Source: an uncultured bacterium
GTDB taxonomy: Bacteria > Krumholzibacteriota > Krumholzibacteriia > LZORAL124-64-63
NCBI GenBank assembly: GCA_963727525.1
Contig: CAVSGO010000007.1
Location: forward strand, 992,001-1,056,000
Direction: 5' to 3'
Length of the DNA: 64,000 nucleotides
Position 1 is the stretch's first letter. Each line of letters opens with the position of its first letter. The notes beneath the pieces are model-generated. The model saw only the letters and a list, made by a program, of their open reading frames with translations. It was not told the origin of the DNA and did no database searches. This document shows, piece by piece, positions 37,701 to 47,898 of this stretch. The translations under genes were made by a program, and so were the position numbers.

Positions 37701-40700
37701 TCAGGCCTGGCGCGGCCGGCGCCACAGATGCCGCGGCCCGTCCCACATGGCCCAGCGTAGGCCGGCCTTGACCGTATCGAGGCTGGCGTACATCACCGGC
37801 ACGACCACCAGGGTCAGGAACGTGGCCACGGTGAGTCCCCAGATCACCGCCACGCCCATCGGCCCCCACCACTCGCTCGATTCGCTCCCGACGACCAGCA
37901 CCCGGTGCAGATGACCGTGGAAGAGCTGGATGAAGTCGATCGAGCAGCCGGTGGTCAGTGGCACGAGACCCAGGATCGTGGTCACGGCCGTCAGCACCAC
38001 GGGGCGGAAACGCGTGAGACCGGCGCGTACGACCGCCTCATGCAGCCCGAGTCCGCGGCCGCGGAGCTGGTTCACGTAGTCGATGAGCACGATCGCGTTG
38101 TTCACCACCACGCCGGCCAGCGAGATCACGCCCACGCCGGTCATGATGATGCCGAACGGCGTGCCCGTGGCCAGCAGACCCAGGAGCACGCCGATGAGAG
38201 AGAGCACCACGCTGGACAGGATCACCAGCGGCTGCGTGACGGATCCGAACTGCGAGATCAGCACGAGGAAGATGAGCATGATCGCCACGCCGAACGCGTC
38301 GCTGAGAAAGCTCTGGGCCTCGGCCTGATCCTCGCTCTCGCCGGTGTACGCAATGGTGTATCCCGCTGGAATACTGAAGTCGTTCAGTCCTTCCTGAACC
38401 TTGGCCAGCAACGCGTTGCCGTTGTAGCCGGGCGCCGCGTCAGCCATCACCGTCACCGTCCGCGTGCCGTCGATCCGGTGCACTGCCGCCAGCGCCGTCT
38501 TGAATCGGGGTTCGGCAAAGGCGGAGATGGGGATCGACTTGCCCTCGTAGAACACGGTCGCCGTCTGCAGATCTTCCACCTTGCGCCGAAACGGTTGCTG
38601 GTACCGCACGGTGATGTCGTACTCGTCCTCGCCCACGCGATACTTCGCGGTCTCGGAGCCGTGCAAGGCAGTGCGCACGGTGCCGGCGATGTCGGTGGTC
38701 TGCAGGCCGAAGCGTCCGGCCTTGTCGATGTCCGGCCGCAACTCGATCTCCGGCAGATCGTTGTCGTAGTTGTCCTCGATGTTGATCAGGCCCGGGATGT
38801 TGCGGATGCGTTCCTTCACCTGCGTGGCGAGATCGCCCAGCACGGAGAAGTCGCTGCCGGACAGCTCGATGTTCACCGGCTTGCCGGTGGGCGGTCCCTC
38901 GTCCATCTCCTCCACCGTCACCGTCGCGCCCGTGAAGTCGCGCAGGCGGTCGCGAAGATCGTCCAGGGCGTCGCGCGAGGGCCGGGAGCGGTCGATCTTG
39001 TCGACGAACTCCATCGTCACCATGGCCTCATTCGAGGGCGCCGCCTCCCCTCCGCCCATGCCGCCCCGCGACACGCCCACCTGCGCACTGTACGCCTTGA
39101 GATCGCCGATCTCCTTCACCTGCGACTCCACCTGGGCCGCGTAGGCGTCGGTGAGTTCGATCCGCGTGCCGCTCGGCGCGGCGATGGTGACCTGGGCCTG
39201 GTTGGGGTCGATCGAGGGGAACAGTTCCACCCCATGATTGAAACGGCCGTAGAGCACGAAGGAAACGACCAGAAGGAGGAACATGCTCACCACGGTACGG
39301 GCACGGTGCTTCAGCGCCCACAGCAGCAATGGCTCGTAGCTGCGCAGCCCGAGATTCATCAAACGATCGCCCAGCCTGGTGCTGCCGCCGCCCACCTTGG
39401 GCTCGCGCATGAAACGAGCGCAGAGTACCGGATTGAACACGAGCGCCACGAGCAGTGAGGCCGTGAGCGTGATGATCACGGTGATCGGCAGGTACTTCAT
39501 GAACCCGCCCATGATGCCCGGCCAGAAGATGAGCGGCCCGAACGCGGCCAGCGTGGTCAAGGTCGACGAGATGACCGCCGACGAAACCTGGTGCGTACCC
39601 ACGGTCGCCGACTGCTGCGCATCCATGCCCTTGCCGCGGTGACGATAGATGTTCTCCACGATGACGATGGCGTTGTCCACCAGCATGCCCAGGGCGAGGA
39701 TGAGGCTGAACAGCACCACCATGTTCAAGGTGATGTTCAGCGCCCGCAGCACGATGAACGTGATCAGCATCGAGAACGGGATGGCGGCGCCCACGAAGAG
39801 CGAGTTGGTGAACCCGAGGAAGAGGTAGAGCACCGCGACGACGAGAATCAGACCGCTGAGGATGTTGTTCTCCAGCTCGTTCACCATGTAGCGGATGTCT
39901 TGCGACTGGTCGCCCACGATGCTCACGCGGGTGCCGGTCGGAAACGTCGGTTCCAGACGCGCAAGCGTATCCCGTACCCGCTCGGCGATCGCGATGATGT
40001 TCTCGCCCGAACGCTTCTTGATCACCAGGGTCACGGCGTCGTGACCGTTGACGCGCGAGATCGTCTCGCGGTCTTTCACGCCGAAGTCCACGGTGGCCAC
40101 GTCGCGCAGGTAGACGGGGGTGGCCTCGCCGGGATTGACGACGAAGTCGAGCAGGCCGTCCACCTGCGCCACCTCGCCGGGTACGCGGACCTGGTAGTCG
40201 TACTGGCCGAAGCTGAGCTTACCGCCGGGAATGGTGACGTTCTGCAGCGAGATCGCGTCCTGCACGTCTTGCAGGCCGAGCCCGTAGAACGCGAGGCGCT
40301 CCGGATCCACGTTCACCTGCACCTCGTTCTCGATGCCGCCCACCAGGTCGGCCGAGAGTACGCCGGGAATCTGTTCCAGCGCTTCCTGCAGGTCCTCGCC
40401 CGTCTTCTTGAGGAGGAAGAGATCGTAATCGCCCGAGAGGTTCACCTGCATGATCGGCCAGTCGCTGGAACTCAACTCCATGATCAGCAGATCCTCGCGC
40501 GTGTCCGTCGGCAGGTCGGGCTTCGCCAGGTCCACGCGGTCGCGCACCTTCTGCAGGGCGTCGCTCATGTTCACCTTCGTGGTGAATTCGAGGGTGACCT
40601 CGGACATGCCGTAGAATGAGCTGCTCGTCATCTCCTTGAGATCGGGCAGGCCCTTCAGCTCGCGCTCGATCTTGCGGGTGACGAGGTTCTCCATGTCCTC

Positions 40701-40868
40701 GGGCGACGTGCCCGCGTACGGCGCCATGACCAGCACGTAGGGGATCTTCACGTCCGGGGCCGATTCACGGGGCAGCCGCACATACGAGATGATCCCCATG
40801 GTCGCGATGATGACCATGAACGCGAAGATCATCGGGTAGCGCTGGATCGATCCGGAGGTGATCTTCAT
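37701..40868 (-). CDS. RND efflux permease (AcrB/AcrD/AcrF family)
   Basis: 1055 aa; GMLVDNAIVIVEN, VVNNAIVL, RFRPVVLT. Confidence 0.96.
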   Translation of the reverse strand: MKITSGSIQRYPMIFAFMVIIATMGIISYVRLPRESAPDVKIPYVLVMAPYAGTSPEDMENLVTRKIERELKGLPDLKEMTSSSFYGMSEVTLEFTTKVNMSDALQKVRDRVDLAKPDLPTDTREDLLIMELSSSDWPIMQVNLSGDYDLFLLKKTGEDLQEALEQIPGVLSADLVGGIENEVQVNVDPERLAFYGLGLQDVQDAISLQNVTIPGGKLSFGQYDYQVRVPGEVAQVDGLLDFVVNPGEATPVYLRDVATVDFGVKDRETISRVNGHDAVTLVIKKRSGENIIAIAERVRDTLARLEPTFPTGTRVSIVGDQSQDIRYMVNELENNILSGLILVVAVLYLFLGFTNSLFVGAAIPFSMLITFIVLRALNITLNMVVLFSLILALGMLVDNAIVIVENIYRHRGKGMDAQQSATVGTHQVSSAVISSTLTTLAAFGPLIFWPGIMGGFMKYLPITVIITLTASLLVALVFNPVLCARFMREPKVGGGSTRLGDRLMNLGLRSYEPLLLWALKHRARTVVSMFLLLVVSFVLYGRFNHGVELFPSIDPNQAQVTIAAPSGTRIELTDAYAAQVESQVKEIGDLKAYSAQVGVSRGGMGGGEAAPSNEAMVTMEFVDKIDRSRPSRDALDDLRDRLRDFTGATVTVEEMDEGPPTGKPVNIELSGSDFSVLGDLATQVKERIRNIPGLINIEDNYDNDLPEIELRPDIDKAGRFGLQTTDIAGTVRTALHGSETAKYRVGEDEYDITVRYQQPFRRKVEDLQTATVFYEGKSIPISAFAEPRFKTALAAVHRIDGTRTVTVMADAAPGYNGNALLAKVQEGLNDFSIPAGYTIAYTGESEDQAEAQSFLSDAFGVAIMLIFLVLISQFGSVTQPLVILSSVVLSLIGVLLGLLATGTPFGIIMTGVGVISLAGVVVNNAIVLIDYVNQLRGRGLGLHEAVVRAGLTRFRPVVLTAVTTILGLVPLTTGCSIDFIQLFHGHLHRVLVVGSESSEWWGPMGVAVIWGLTVATFLTLVVVPVMYASLDTVKAGLRWAMWDGPRHLWRRPRQA

Positions 40869-42016
40869 TGCGCGACCTCGCCGACGGCGCCCACGCGCGT
40901 GGCGGCGGCCGACGCCTTGATCACCGCCGGGTCGCTGGTACTGGTGCCGTCGCCGTAGGCCACGGTCTCGGTGACGGACACGAGGCTGCCGTCCTGCAGC
41001 TCGCGCTGGCCACGCACCACCAGGGAATCGCCCGCGCTCACGCCCTCGCGAACGGCCACCATCAGGCCTTGCTGCGGCCCGAGCGTCACGGCGCGTCGGA
41101 CGGCGCGGCGACCCGTGACGATGTAGACCTCGTCACCGACCTGCCCCGAGAGCACCGCGTCGCGCGGCACCACGACGAGTCCGCGCGTCGTGGTCTTCGC
41201 CAGCCGCGCACGCGCGATCACACCGCTGCGCAGCGCCAGATCCGCGTTGGCGACGTCGATCTCGAGCTTGAACTTTCCGCTCTGCGGATCGGCCTCGAAA
41301 CCCACCCAGCCCACGCGGGCTTCCCGCGGTTCAGGCAGCCCGGCCACGTCCACCGTCGCGGTCTGGCCCGCGCGCAACCACTCCACCTCCGATTCGGTGA
41401 CGGTGGCCTCGAGCTTGAGCGTGAAGGGGTCGATCACGCGCGCCACGACGGTGCCGGGCGCCACGAGCTGGCCCGGCTCTACCATACGGTCGACCACGAG
41501 TCCGTCGTACGGCGCCTTGACGGCGGCACGGTCATAGCGGATCTGCGCCACGTCGCGAACCGACCGGACCCGCTCCAGCGAAGCGTCGCTCTGCAGCATC
41601 GCGAGCTGGCTGACCTTGCCGGCCGCGAAGATCTGCGACGTCTTGTCGTGGTTGTACGACTCCGTCGCCAGGTTCGCCTCGGCAGCGGCGAGGTCGGCCG
41701 CCAGCAGGCGCCGATCGAGGGCCACGATCACGTCGCCCTCGTCGACACGGCTCCCCTTGTCGTGGGCGATCGCGTCGATGGTGCCGCTCTCCTCGCTGCT
41801 GATGTCGGTGCCACGCATGGGTTCCAGCTTCCCCGACACCTCGAAGTACTCCGTGACCGGCGAGGTTTCCAGCGGCATCAGGCGCACATTGTGCGGGACC
41901 TCGCGAGAGGCCGTGTCGGGCCCCGGCTTGCTGCATCCCGTGAGGAGGACGGCGCCGAGCATGAGGACACCGCCGAGCGGCCGGCGAAGTGGACGATGCG
42001 GAAAGTTCGGCATCAT
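40865..42016 (-). CDS. RND periplasmic adaptor (membrane fusion lipoprotein)
   Basis: Lipobox LLTGC; VKAPYDG..V.PGQ; VVPRDAV. Confidence 0.94.
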   Translation of the reverse strand: MMPNFPHRPLRRPLGGVLMLGAVLLTGCSKPGPDTASREVPHNVRLMPLETSPVTEYFEVSGKLEPMRGTDISSEESGTIDAIAHDKGSRVDEGDVIVALDRRLLAADLAAAEANLATESYNHDKTSQIFAAGKVSQLAMLQSDASLERVRSVRDVAQIRYDRAAVKAPYDGLVVDRMVEPGQLVAPGTVVARVIDPFTLKLEATVTESEVEWLRAGQTATVDVAGLPEPREARVGWVGFEADPQSGKFKLEIDVANADLALRSGVIARARLAKTTTRGLVVVPRDAVLSGQVGDEVYIVTGRRAVRRAVTLGPQQGLMVAVREGVSAGDSLVVRGQRELQDGSLVSVTETVAYGDGTSTSDPAVIKASAAATRVGAVGEVAQ

Positions 42017-42025
42017 GATCCCTCT

Positions 42026-43546
42026 CTAGCGAGCGGCCGCGACCAGACCGGGAATCTCGGTCAGGAGCACGGCGGGTGAATAACCGACGGACCGCTTCAG
42101 GCCGGCCGTCTGCGTGAGCACGTCGTAGCGCGCCCCGATCAGCGTGCGGCGCGCCGTGAGCTGACTCGACTGCGCGTCGAGAACATCCAGGTAGCTGGCC
42201 TTGCCCAGCTCGTACATCAGGAGGCTCTCGCTCAACGCCTCCTCCGCGCGGTCGAGATTCACCTCGGCAGCCCGTAGGTTCTCCCGCGCGGTGTTCAGGT
42301 TGTTGACCGTCTCGCGCACTTCCACCGCCGCGCTGCGTCGGGTACCGGCGATCTCCCTCTGGGTACGCCGGATCTGAGCCTTCGTCTCGTCCACCTGGCC
42401 CTTCGTGGACAGGCCGTTGAACACCGGCACCGTGACGGCCACCGACGCGGCCCACGATTCGTGCCCGGCGTCGAACAGGGTATTCGTGTGGTGGCCCACG
42501 TAGCCGTAGGACCCAGCGAGCGACAGGTAGGGGCGCTGGTCGGCCTTCTGCGCCTGCTTGTTGTGCTCCAGGAGGTCGATGGACAGATCCATGGCCACCA
42601 GGTCGGGTCGCTGCTGGGACAAGCGCACGGCCGAGTCCACGTCGATCGCCTCGGTCTCGATGGGCAGTTCGTTCACGATGGTCAGGGGCGCCGACGGGTC
42701 GCGTCCCATCACCGCATTGAGCCGCGCGCCGGCATTGGCCAGCGCCTGGCGCAGATTGCGCAGCTCGGGCTCCGTGTTGGCCAGCGCCACGGCGGCTTGC
42801 AGAGTATCCAGCCGCGTGGCCGTGCCCAGGCCGAAGCGCAGCTTGGCGAGGTCGAGCAGCTCCGCCTGGTTCCGATACTTCGCCTCGGCCGAGCGCATGC
42901 CCTCCGCGACGCTGACGATCATGAAGTAAGCGCTGATCACATCGAAGGACGTGGCGTGCTCCTGGCTGCGGATCAGTTCCTCCTCGCGCTCGATGCCGAT
43001 GCTGGCCGCACCCACCGCGCCAAGGATCTTGAGCGGGTTCAGCTCCCAGGTGAGACTGGCCCGGGCGCGGTAGTACGTCTGGGCCGGCACGTCCTCGGGC
43101 GCAGGCAAGAACGACCCGAACCCGGCGAGCCAGTCGGTGAACCACTCGTTGCCCGGCGGCACATCCGGGGTGGGAAAGATCGATCCGCTCGCGAAGCTCT
43201 CGTCGAGCGCGAAGCTCGGATCGCGGCTGCGCGACCAATCGCCCGTCAGGTCGAGCGATGGCAGACCATTCGAGAGCGCCTGCAGCTTCTGTCCGGACAG
43301 TTCCCGCCGCTTCTCGCGTTCAGCCTGCAGGACATCGTTCCGGGCGAGCGCGGTGTCGAGGCAAGCAGCCAGCGTCCATACCATGTGCCCACCGGGCTGG
43401 GCCTCGATCGTCGGCCCCAGCGGCGCCACCGGCGTGACGTGCGGCTGCGCTCCCGGCCCGGCCGCGGCGGCGGCGAGTGTCACGAGCAGAGCTAGACCCG
43501 CGCCTCCCAGCAACCGCACGAACAATGGTCTCTCACGCATCGTCAT
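42026..43546 (-). CDS. TolC family outer membrane protein
   Basis: Signal peptide; LPSLDL, QRPDL, VPVFNG, YELGKASYLDVLDAQ. Confidence 0.93.
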   Translation of the reverse strand: MTMRERPLFVRLLGGAGLALLVTLAAAAAGPGAQPHVTPVAPLGPTIEAQPGGHMVWTLAACLDTALARNDVLQAEREKRRELSGQKLQALSNGLPSLDLTGDWSRSRDPSFALDESFASGSIFPTPDVPPGNEWFTDWLAGFGSFLPAPEDVPAQTYYRARASLTWELNPLKILGAVGAASIGIEREEELIRSQEHATSFDVISAYFMIVSVAEGMRSAEAKYRNQAELLDLAKLRFGLGTATRLDTLQAAVALANTEPELRNLRQALANAGARLNAVMGRDPSAPLTIVNELPIETEAIDVDSAVRLSQQRPDLVAMDLSIDLLEHNKQAQKADQRPYLSLAGSYGYVGHHTNTLFDAGHESWAASVAVTVPVFNGLSTKGQVDETKAQIRRTQREIAGTRRSAAVEVRETVNNLNTARENLRAAEVNLDRAEEALSESLLMYELGKASYLDVLDAQSSQLTARRTLIGARYDVLTQTAGLKRSVGYSPAVLLTEIPGLVAAAR

Positions 43547-44192
43547 CCTCTCCTTGGCGGTCATCATCTCGACGGCGCCAGGGTACGGCACCCTCGCCGA
43601 ATCGTTGCACCATCTCGGGCGGCACGGGCCTCTGCACGGATTCCAGCGCGGCCCTCACCAGCAGACCGCCGAGGTTGCGCAGCATCTGGGTCGCCAGATC
43701 GAGATCCGGGTCGCGCCACAGGCCCGAGCAGATGAGGGCGGCCAGTCCGTGGCTGTAGACAGCGGCCTGGAACAGTAACTCGTCCAGTACCGCTCGCGGC
43801 AGCGTACCCAGCAGCGGATGGGCCTCGAGCACGCCGAGGAGAACCTCGTTGTTCGGCGCCATCGGGCAATGATCGTCGCGCGGCTCGTAGTAGAGCGCCT
43901 TGAACAGGTTCGGGTGATCCCGCGCGAAGCGTAGGTAGCCGATCCCCATGTTCAGGAACCGCTCGTCCGTCCACGGGCGGAGGCAGTAGTCCAGCAGCAA
44001 CGCGTCCGTACGCGCGAGCGCCTGCCCCTGAAGTTCCTCCATCGACGTGAAATTGCTGTAAACCGGCGCCGTTGAGGCTCCGAGGTGGAGGGCGACGCGG
44101 CGCGCCGTCAACGCGTCGCGGCCATGGGCTTCCATCACCGCCATGGCCGCATCGAGGATGTCATCAGCGGTGAACGTCGTCCTGCGGGCCAT
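43533..44192 (-). CDS. TetR/AcrR family regulator
   Basis: ILDAA..LTARRVA..LGAST.PVYSNF; YLRFARDHPNLF. Confidence 0.92.
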   Translation of the reverse strand: MARRTTFTADDILDAAMAVMEAHGRDALTARRVALHLGASTAPVYSNFTSMEELQGQALARTDALLLDYCLRPWTDERFLNMGIGYLRFARDHPNLFKALYYEPRDDHCPMAPNNEVLLGVLEAHPLLGTLPRAVLDELLFQAAVYSHGLAALICSGLWRDPDLDLATQMLRNLGGLLVRAALESVQRPVPPEMVQRFGEGAVPWRRRDDDRQGEDDDA

Positions 44193-44222
44193 CGCTGCCG
44201 TCCGATCGGGGTGCCGTGATTG

Positions 44223-44250
44223 ATAACGACAGTTATATAACATGCGTTCT
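44223..44250. promoter_or_regulatory. Putative tandem TetR operator overlapping the promoter
   Basis: ATAAC-N4-GTTAT immediately followed by ATAAC-N4-GTTCT; minus-strand TTGCAT-N17-TATATA overlaps. Confidence 0.6.
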
Positions 44251-44273
44251 TGACCAATGCAAACCAAAATGCC

Positions 44274-45152
44274 CTAGCCGAGGACCACACAGAGCGTCCC
44301 TGCGAGAGCCAGCCCACAGGCCGCCGCCCGACGGCGCGTGAACGGCTCCCGTAGCACGAGCGTGGCGAGCACGAGGATGAGCACCGTGGACGTCTGGTTG
44401 AGGATCGCCGCCACGCCCGTGTCCGCGTACTTCATCCCCGCGATCCACAGCAGCAACGCCACATAGCTGCCCAGCAAGGTCCCCACGAGCGTCCAGCGCC
44501 CGCTCGCCCCCGGGACCAGCGCCTCCAGGTGTCGGCGCCGATCGCGCGAAACCAGCGCCACCGGAAGCAACACGCCGAGGGCCGCCACCTGGCGCACACC
44601 GGTCGCCCAGATCACGGGCTGGTGGTCGAGAACCGGCTTGGCGATGACGATGCCGGCCGCCACCGTCGCCATCGCCAGCACGCCGAAGAGGATCCCTGCC
44701 ACGAGCTGGCTCTGAGTGATCCGATGCGCCTCGGTGCGCCGCACGGTTGTCAGGACGCCGGCAATCACCAGCACCATGCCCACAACCTGTTGCGGCGAAA
44801 GGCGCTCCCCTAGCCAGGCAAAGGCCAGCAACGACACGATGGGCGAATAGAGGCAGTCGACGATCGCGGTGATGCCCGCACCCACGCGATTGAGAGCAGC
44901 GTGGAACAGCGTATCCGAGATCGCGATACCCACCACACCGCTCAGCACGAGGAGCTCGAGGTCGCGGGTGGATGCCGCCGCCCGCAGCAGCGGCTGCCCC
45001 ACGATCGCCATCGTCACCAGCAGCAGCACCGAGGAATAGACTACCCGGAACAGGTTGAGCGTGAAAGGCGCCACCCGATCGCCGGAACGCTTGAAGCAGA
45101 TGACGGCGCCGGCCCAGACCACAGCCGTCAGCAGCGCGAAGAGTTCGCCCAT
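44274..45152 (-). CDS. DMT/EamA family transporter
   Basis: About 10 TM helices; WLGERLS and VLREPFT repeat ends. Confidence 0.9.
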   Translation of the reverse strand: MGELFALLTAVVWAGAVICFKRSGDRVAPFTLNLFRVVYSSVLLLVTMAIVGQPLLRAAASTRDLELLVLSGVVGIAISDTLFHAALNRVGAGITAIVDCLYSPIVSLLAFAWLGERLSPQQVVGMVLVIAGVLTTVRRTEAHRITQSQLVAGILFGVLAMATVAAGIVIAKPVLDHQPVIWATGVRQVAALGVLLPVALVSRDRRRHLEALVPGASGRWTLVGTLLGSYVALLLWIAGMKYADTGVAAILNQTSTVLILVLATLVLREPFTRRRAAACGLALAGTLCVVLG

Positions 45153-45167
45153 GCCGTCCTCGTTGGC

Positions 45168-46688
45168 TCAGCCGTCGCTCTCGACCAGGGGCAGGGTCAT
45201 CACCACGCGCCAGCCGCCGAGCGGCGAGGCCTCGATGGCGAGATTGCCGGCGAGCGATCGCAGTCGTTCGCGGATGGAGAACAGTCCGAATCCCGACTGT
45301 GGCTTTTGAGGGTCGGGTTGTTCCTGGCCCGGTTCTGCTTCGGGATCGAAAACCTTGCCGTCGTCGTCGACGGTGATGGAGAGTTCCCCACCGCCGTAAC
45401 GCACCGCCACCTCGGCGCAGGACGCCTGGGCGTGCTTGTGGATGTTCGCCAGCAGCTCCCGCACCACGCGGTAGGCGAGGGCGCGGACATCCTGCGGCAG
45501 GTTGCTGCTCGTCCCTTCCACCATGAGCTTGCAGACGAGTCCGCGTGTGGTGTGGAAGTTGCGGCACAACCACTCGAGCGCCGCGTCGAGCCCGACCTCG
45601 TAGAGCGCCGGCGGGAATAGCTCGAAGGTGAGGCCACGCGTCATGATCATGGTCTGATCGAGGATCGAGATCGTGTCCGTGACGATCTTGGGCGCATCCG
45701 TGAGCCGCTCCGGATACTTCAACAGCGTCACCTTGGCGCGGGCGGCGAAGAGATCCTGCGCCAGGCTGTCGTGCAGGATCTCCGCGAGTTGCCGTCGTTC
45801 GCGATCTTCCACCGTCGCAAGCTCCGTGGCGAGGTTGCGCAGCCGCGTCTGATACGCCTGCAACCGGGTCTCCGCCTCCTTCTTCTCGGTGACGTCGCGC
45901 GCCACCGTGAAGATGCGCTGCCGGTCCGGCAGCGGGAACGAACTCCACGAGATCCACCGATACGTGCCGTCGCGGCACTGCGCGCGCAGCTCGAGATCGC
46001 GCACCGTCTCCCCGGAGCGCAGGCGCCCGAGGTAGGCGAGAAATTCCGCACGGTCCTCGGCGTGGATGAAGTCGGTCAAGGGGCGCGCCATCACGTCGTC
46101 GCGCGACCAGCGCAGCACGCGGACCCAGGCCGGGTTCACCTGCTGCAGGTTCCCCCCGAAATCGCTGATGCCCAGCAGATCGACCGAGAGGTTGAAGAGA
46201 CGGTCGCGTTCCTCCTCGATCTCGCGCGTGCGCGTGAGATCGAGCAGGGAGCCCAGCAGCAGGTAGGGCCGCCCGTCGCTGCCCCATGACACCGCTGCCC
46301 GCAGTGCGAAGCGATGGTAGTGCCCATCGGCGCACTCGATCCTGACCTCGCCCTCCTCAAAGGCGCGAGCACGAGCCAGGAACTCGGCGAAGAGCTCGTC
46401 GATGCGCGCGCGGTCCTCCGGGTGGACACTCGTGCTGACGAATTCACGCAGGGTCAACGGGCGCGCGACGATGTCGGTGCCGATCAGATCGCGCAGCGGC
46501 GGCGATACCGACAGCGCGCCATCGGGCAACGTAGCCAACCAGGCGAGGGTCGTCTCGTTCTCGAGCTGCTGGAGCGCCCGCGCGGCGACCCGCCGGCCTC
46601 CGCGCGCCGCGACGACGCGACTGAGCAGGAGGCCCAGACCCGCGGCGGCAGCGCAGAGGAGTACGACGATCCAGACGGGTAAGGTCAT
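45168..46688 (-). CDS. Membrane-anchored PAS sensor kinase, HisKA_3 (NarX-like) type
   Basis: N-terminal TM; two PAS (VHPEDR, IHAEDR); ERRQLAEILHD, ELLANIHKHA, DDGK, GFGL. Confidence 0.92.
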   Translation of the reverse strand: MTLPVWIVVLLCAAAAGLGLLLSRVVAARGGRRVAARALQQLENETTLAWLATLPDGALSVSPPLRDLIGTDIVARPLTLREFVSTSVHPEDRARIDELFAEFLARARAFEEGEVRIECADGHYHRFALRAAVSWGSDGRPYLLLGSLLDLTRTREIEEERDRLFNLSVDLLGISDFGGNLQQVNPAWVRVLRWSRDDVMARPLTDFIHAEDRAEFLAYLGRLRSGETVRDLELRAQCRDGTYRWISWSSFPLPDRQRIFTVARDVTEKKEAETRLQAYQTRLRNLATELATVEDRERRQLAEILHDSLAQDLFAARAKVTLLKYPERLTDAPKIVTDTISILDQTMIMTRGLTFELFPPALYEVGLDAALEWLCRNFHTTRGLVCKLMVEGTSSNLPQDVRALAYRVVRELLANIHKHAQASCAEVAVRYGGGELSITVDDDGKVFDPEAEPGQEQPDPQKPQSGFGLFSIRERLRSLAGNLAIEASPLGGWRVVMTLPLVESDG

Positions 46689-46811
46689 CCCTGCTCTCCA
46701 GAAAAAGCGACGGCGGCCAGCCCCGTGGCGACCGCGAGCGTGTCGTCCCCGGAATTCTAGCCGCCGGGAGCTGCCGGAACAAGCACGACGCCATTTCATC
46801 ACGACGCCACT

Positions 46812-46838
46812 TCAGATCCGGCCGCTCCCGGCCGATCA
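46812..46838 (+). promoter_or_regulatory. Sigma28-like promoter for the HDOD gene
   Basis: TCAG-N15-GCCGATCA. Confidence 0.5.
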
Positions 46839-46866
46839 CTGGAGGAACCCGAGTCAGGAGGCCCCC

Positions 46867-47898
46867 GTGCCGTCGCCCCCCACGCCTATTCCCGTCCTGC
46901 CCGGCCTCGACCTCGCGGGGCTGGCCGAACCGCTGCGGCACGAGATCGCGGCCATGCCCCGGCTCACGCGCCTCGTCACCCGATTCCTCGCCTTGACCAG
47001 CGTCCCCGACGCCTCGGCCTCCCATATCGCCGAGGGGCTGGCGAGCGACGTCACCCTCGCCCACTGGCTGCTGCGCCAGGCCAACAGTGGCTACTTCAAC
47101 CTGAGCCGACCGGTCACGGGGCTGGCCGACGCCCTCGTCGTCATCGGCACCGCGCCGCTGACGCGCATGGTCTTCGCCGCCTGCACGGCCGACCTCCTGC
47201 GCCCCCGCCTGCACCGCTACCCCGGCGACGGTCCCACCTTCTGGCTGCACGCTTTCGCGGTCGGTACGATCGCGCGGGCCATCGTCCAGCATGTTGGCGA
47301 CGCCTGCGGACTGGTGCCCGACGAGGCCCTCGTGGCAGGGCTCCTGCACGACGTCGGCAAGCGCGCCCTCGATCCGCTGCTCCCACGCCGCGGCGGTCCA
47401 CACGCCGTGGCGCTCGCCGAGGAACGCGCGGTCACCGGTCGCGACCACGGAGCCGTGTCGGCCCTGCTCTGCGTCACCTGGGAACTGCCGCCCATTGTGG
47501 CGGATGCCGTCGCCCACCATCACGAGCCCGGGGATCATCGCGGCGCGGCGATGCTCGCGCTGGCCGATTCGCTGGCGCACCACGCCGGCTACGGCTTGCC
47601 GCGCCGGCCTGGCGCCGACGAGTTGCCGATGGGTGCCTGGGCACCGCTGCGCGCGTCGCTCGACCTGCCCCGCGACGACCTCGTCCACCTGCTCGCCGGC
47701 CTCGCGCCCGTGCTCGAAGGACTGGCCGAGATGCTGCGCCTGCTCGGCCACAATCCGCTGCCCGCCGATCGCGATCCCAGGCCGCAGACCAGCCCAGCGG
47801 CGGCGGAACCGCGCGAACGCATCCCTGAGCACGACCGTACGCCTGCGCGCGGGCGCGAACGCTACCGTCCGTCCGTCCGCCGCCGGGGCGGGCGCTAG
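46867..47898 (+). CDS. HDOD domain protein
   Basis: LLRQANSGYF, FWLHA, AGLLHDVGK, DHG..W.LP..VAHHH. Confidence 0.9.
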   Translation: MPSPPTPIPVLPGLDLAGLAEPLRHEIAAMPRLTRLVTRFLALTSVPDASASHIAEGLASDVTLAHWLLRQANSGYFNLSRPVTGLADALVVIGTAPLTRMVFAACTADLLRPRLHRYPGDGPTFWLHAFAVGTIARAIVQHVGDACGLVPDEALVAGLLHDVGKRALDPLLPRRGGPHAVALAEERAVTGRDHGAVSALLCVTWELPPIVADAVAHHHEPGDHRGAAMLALADSLAHHAGYGLPRRPGADELPMGAWAPLRASLDLPRDDLVHLLAGLAPVLEGLAEMLRLLGHNPLPADRDPRPQTSPAAAEPRERIPEHDRTPARGRERYRPSVRRRGGR

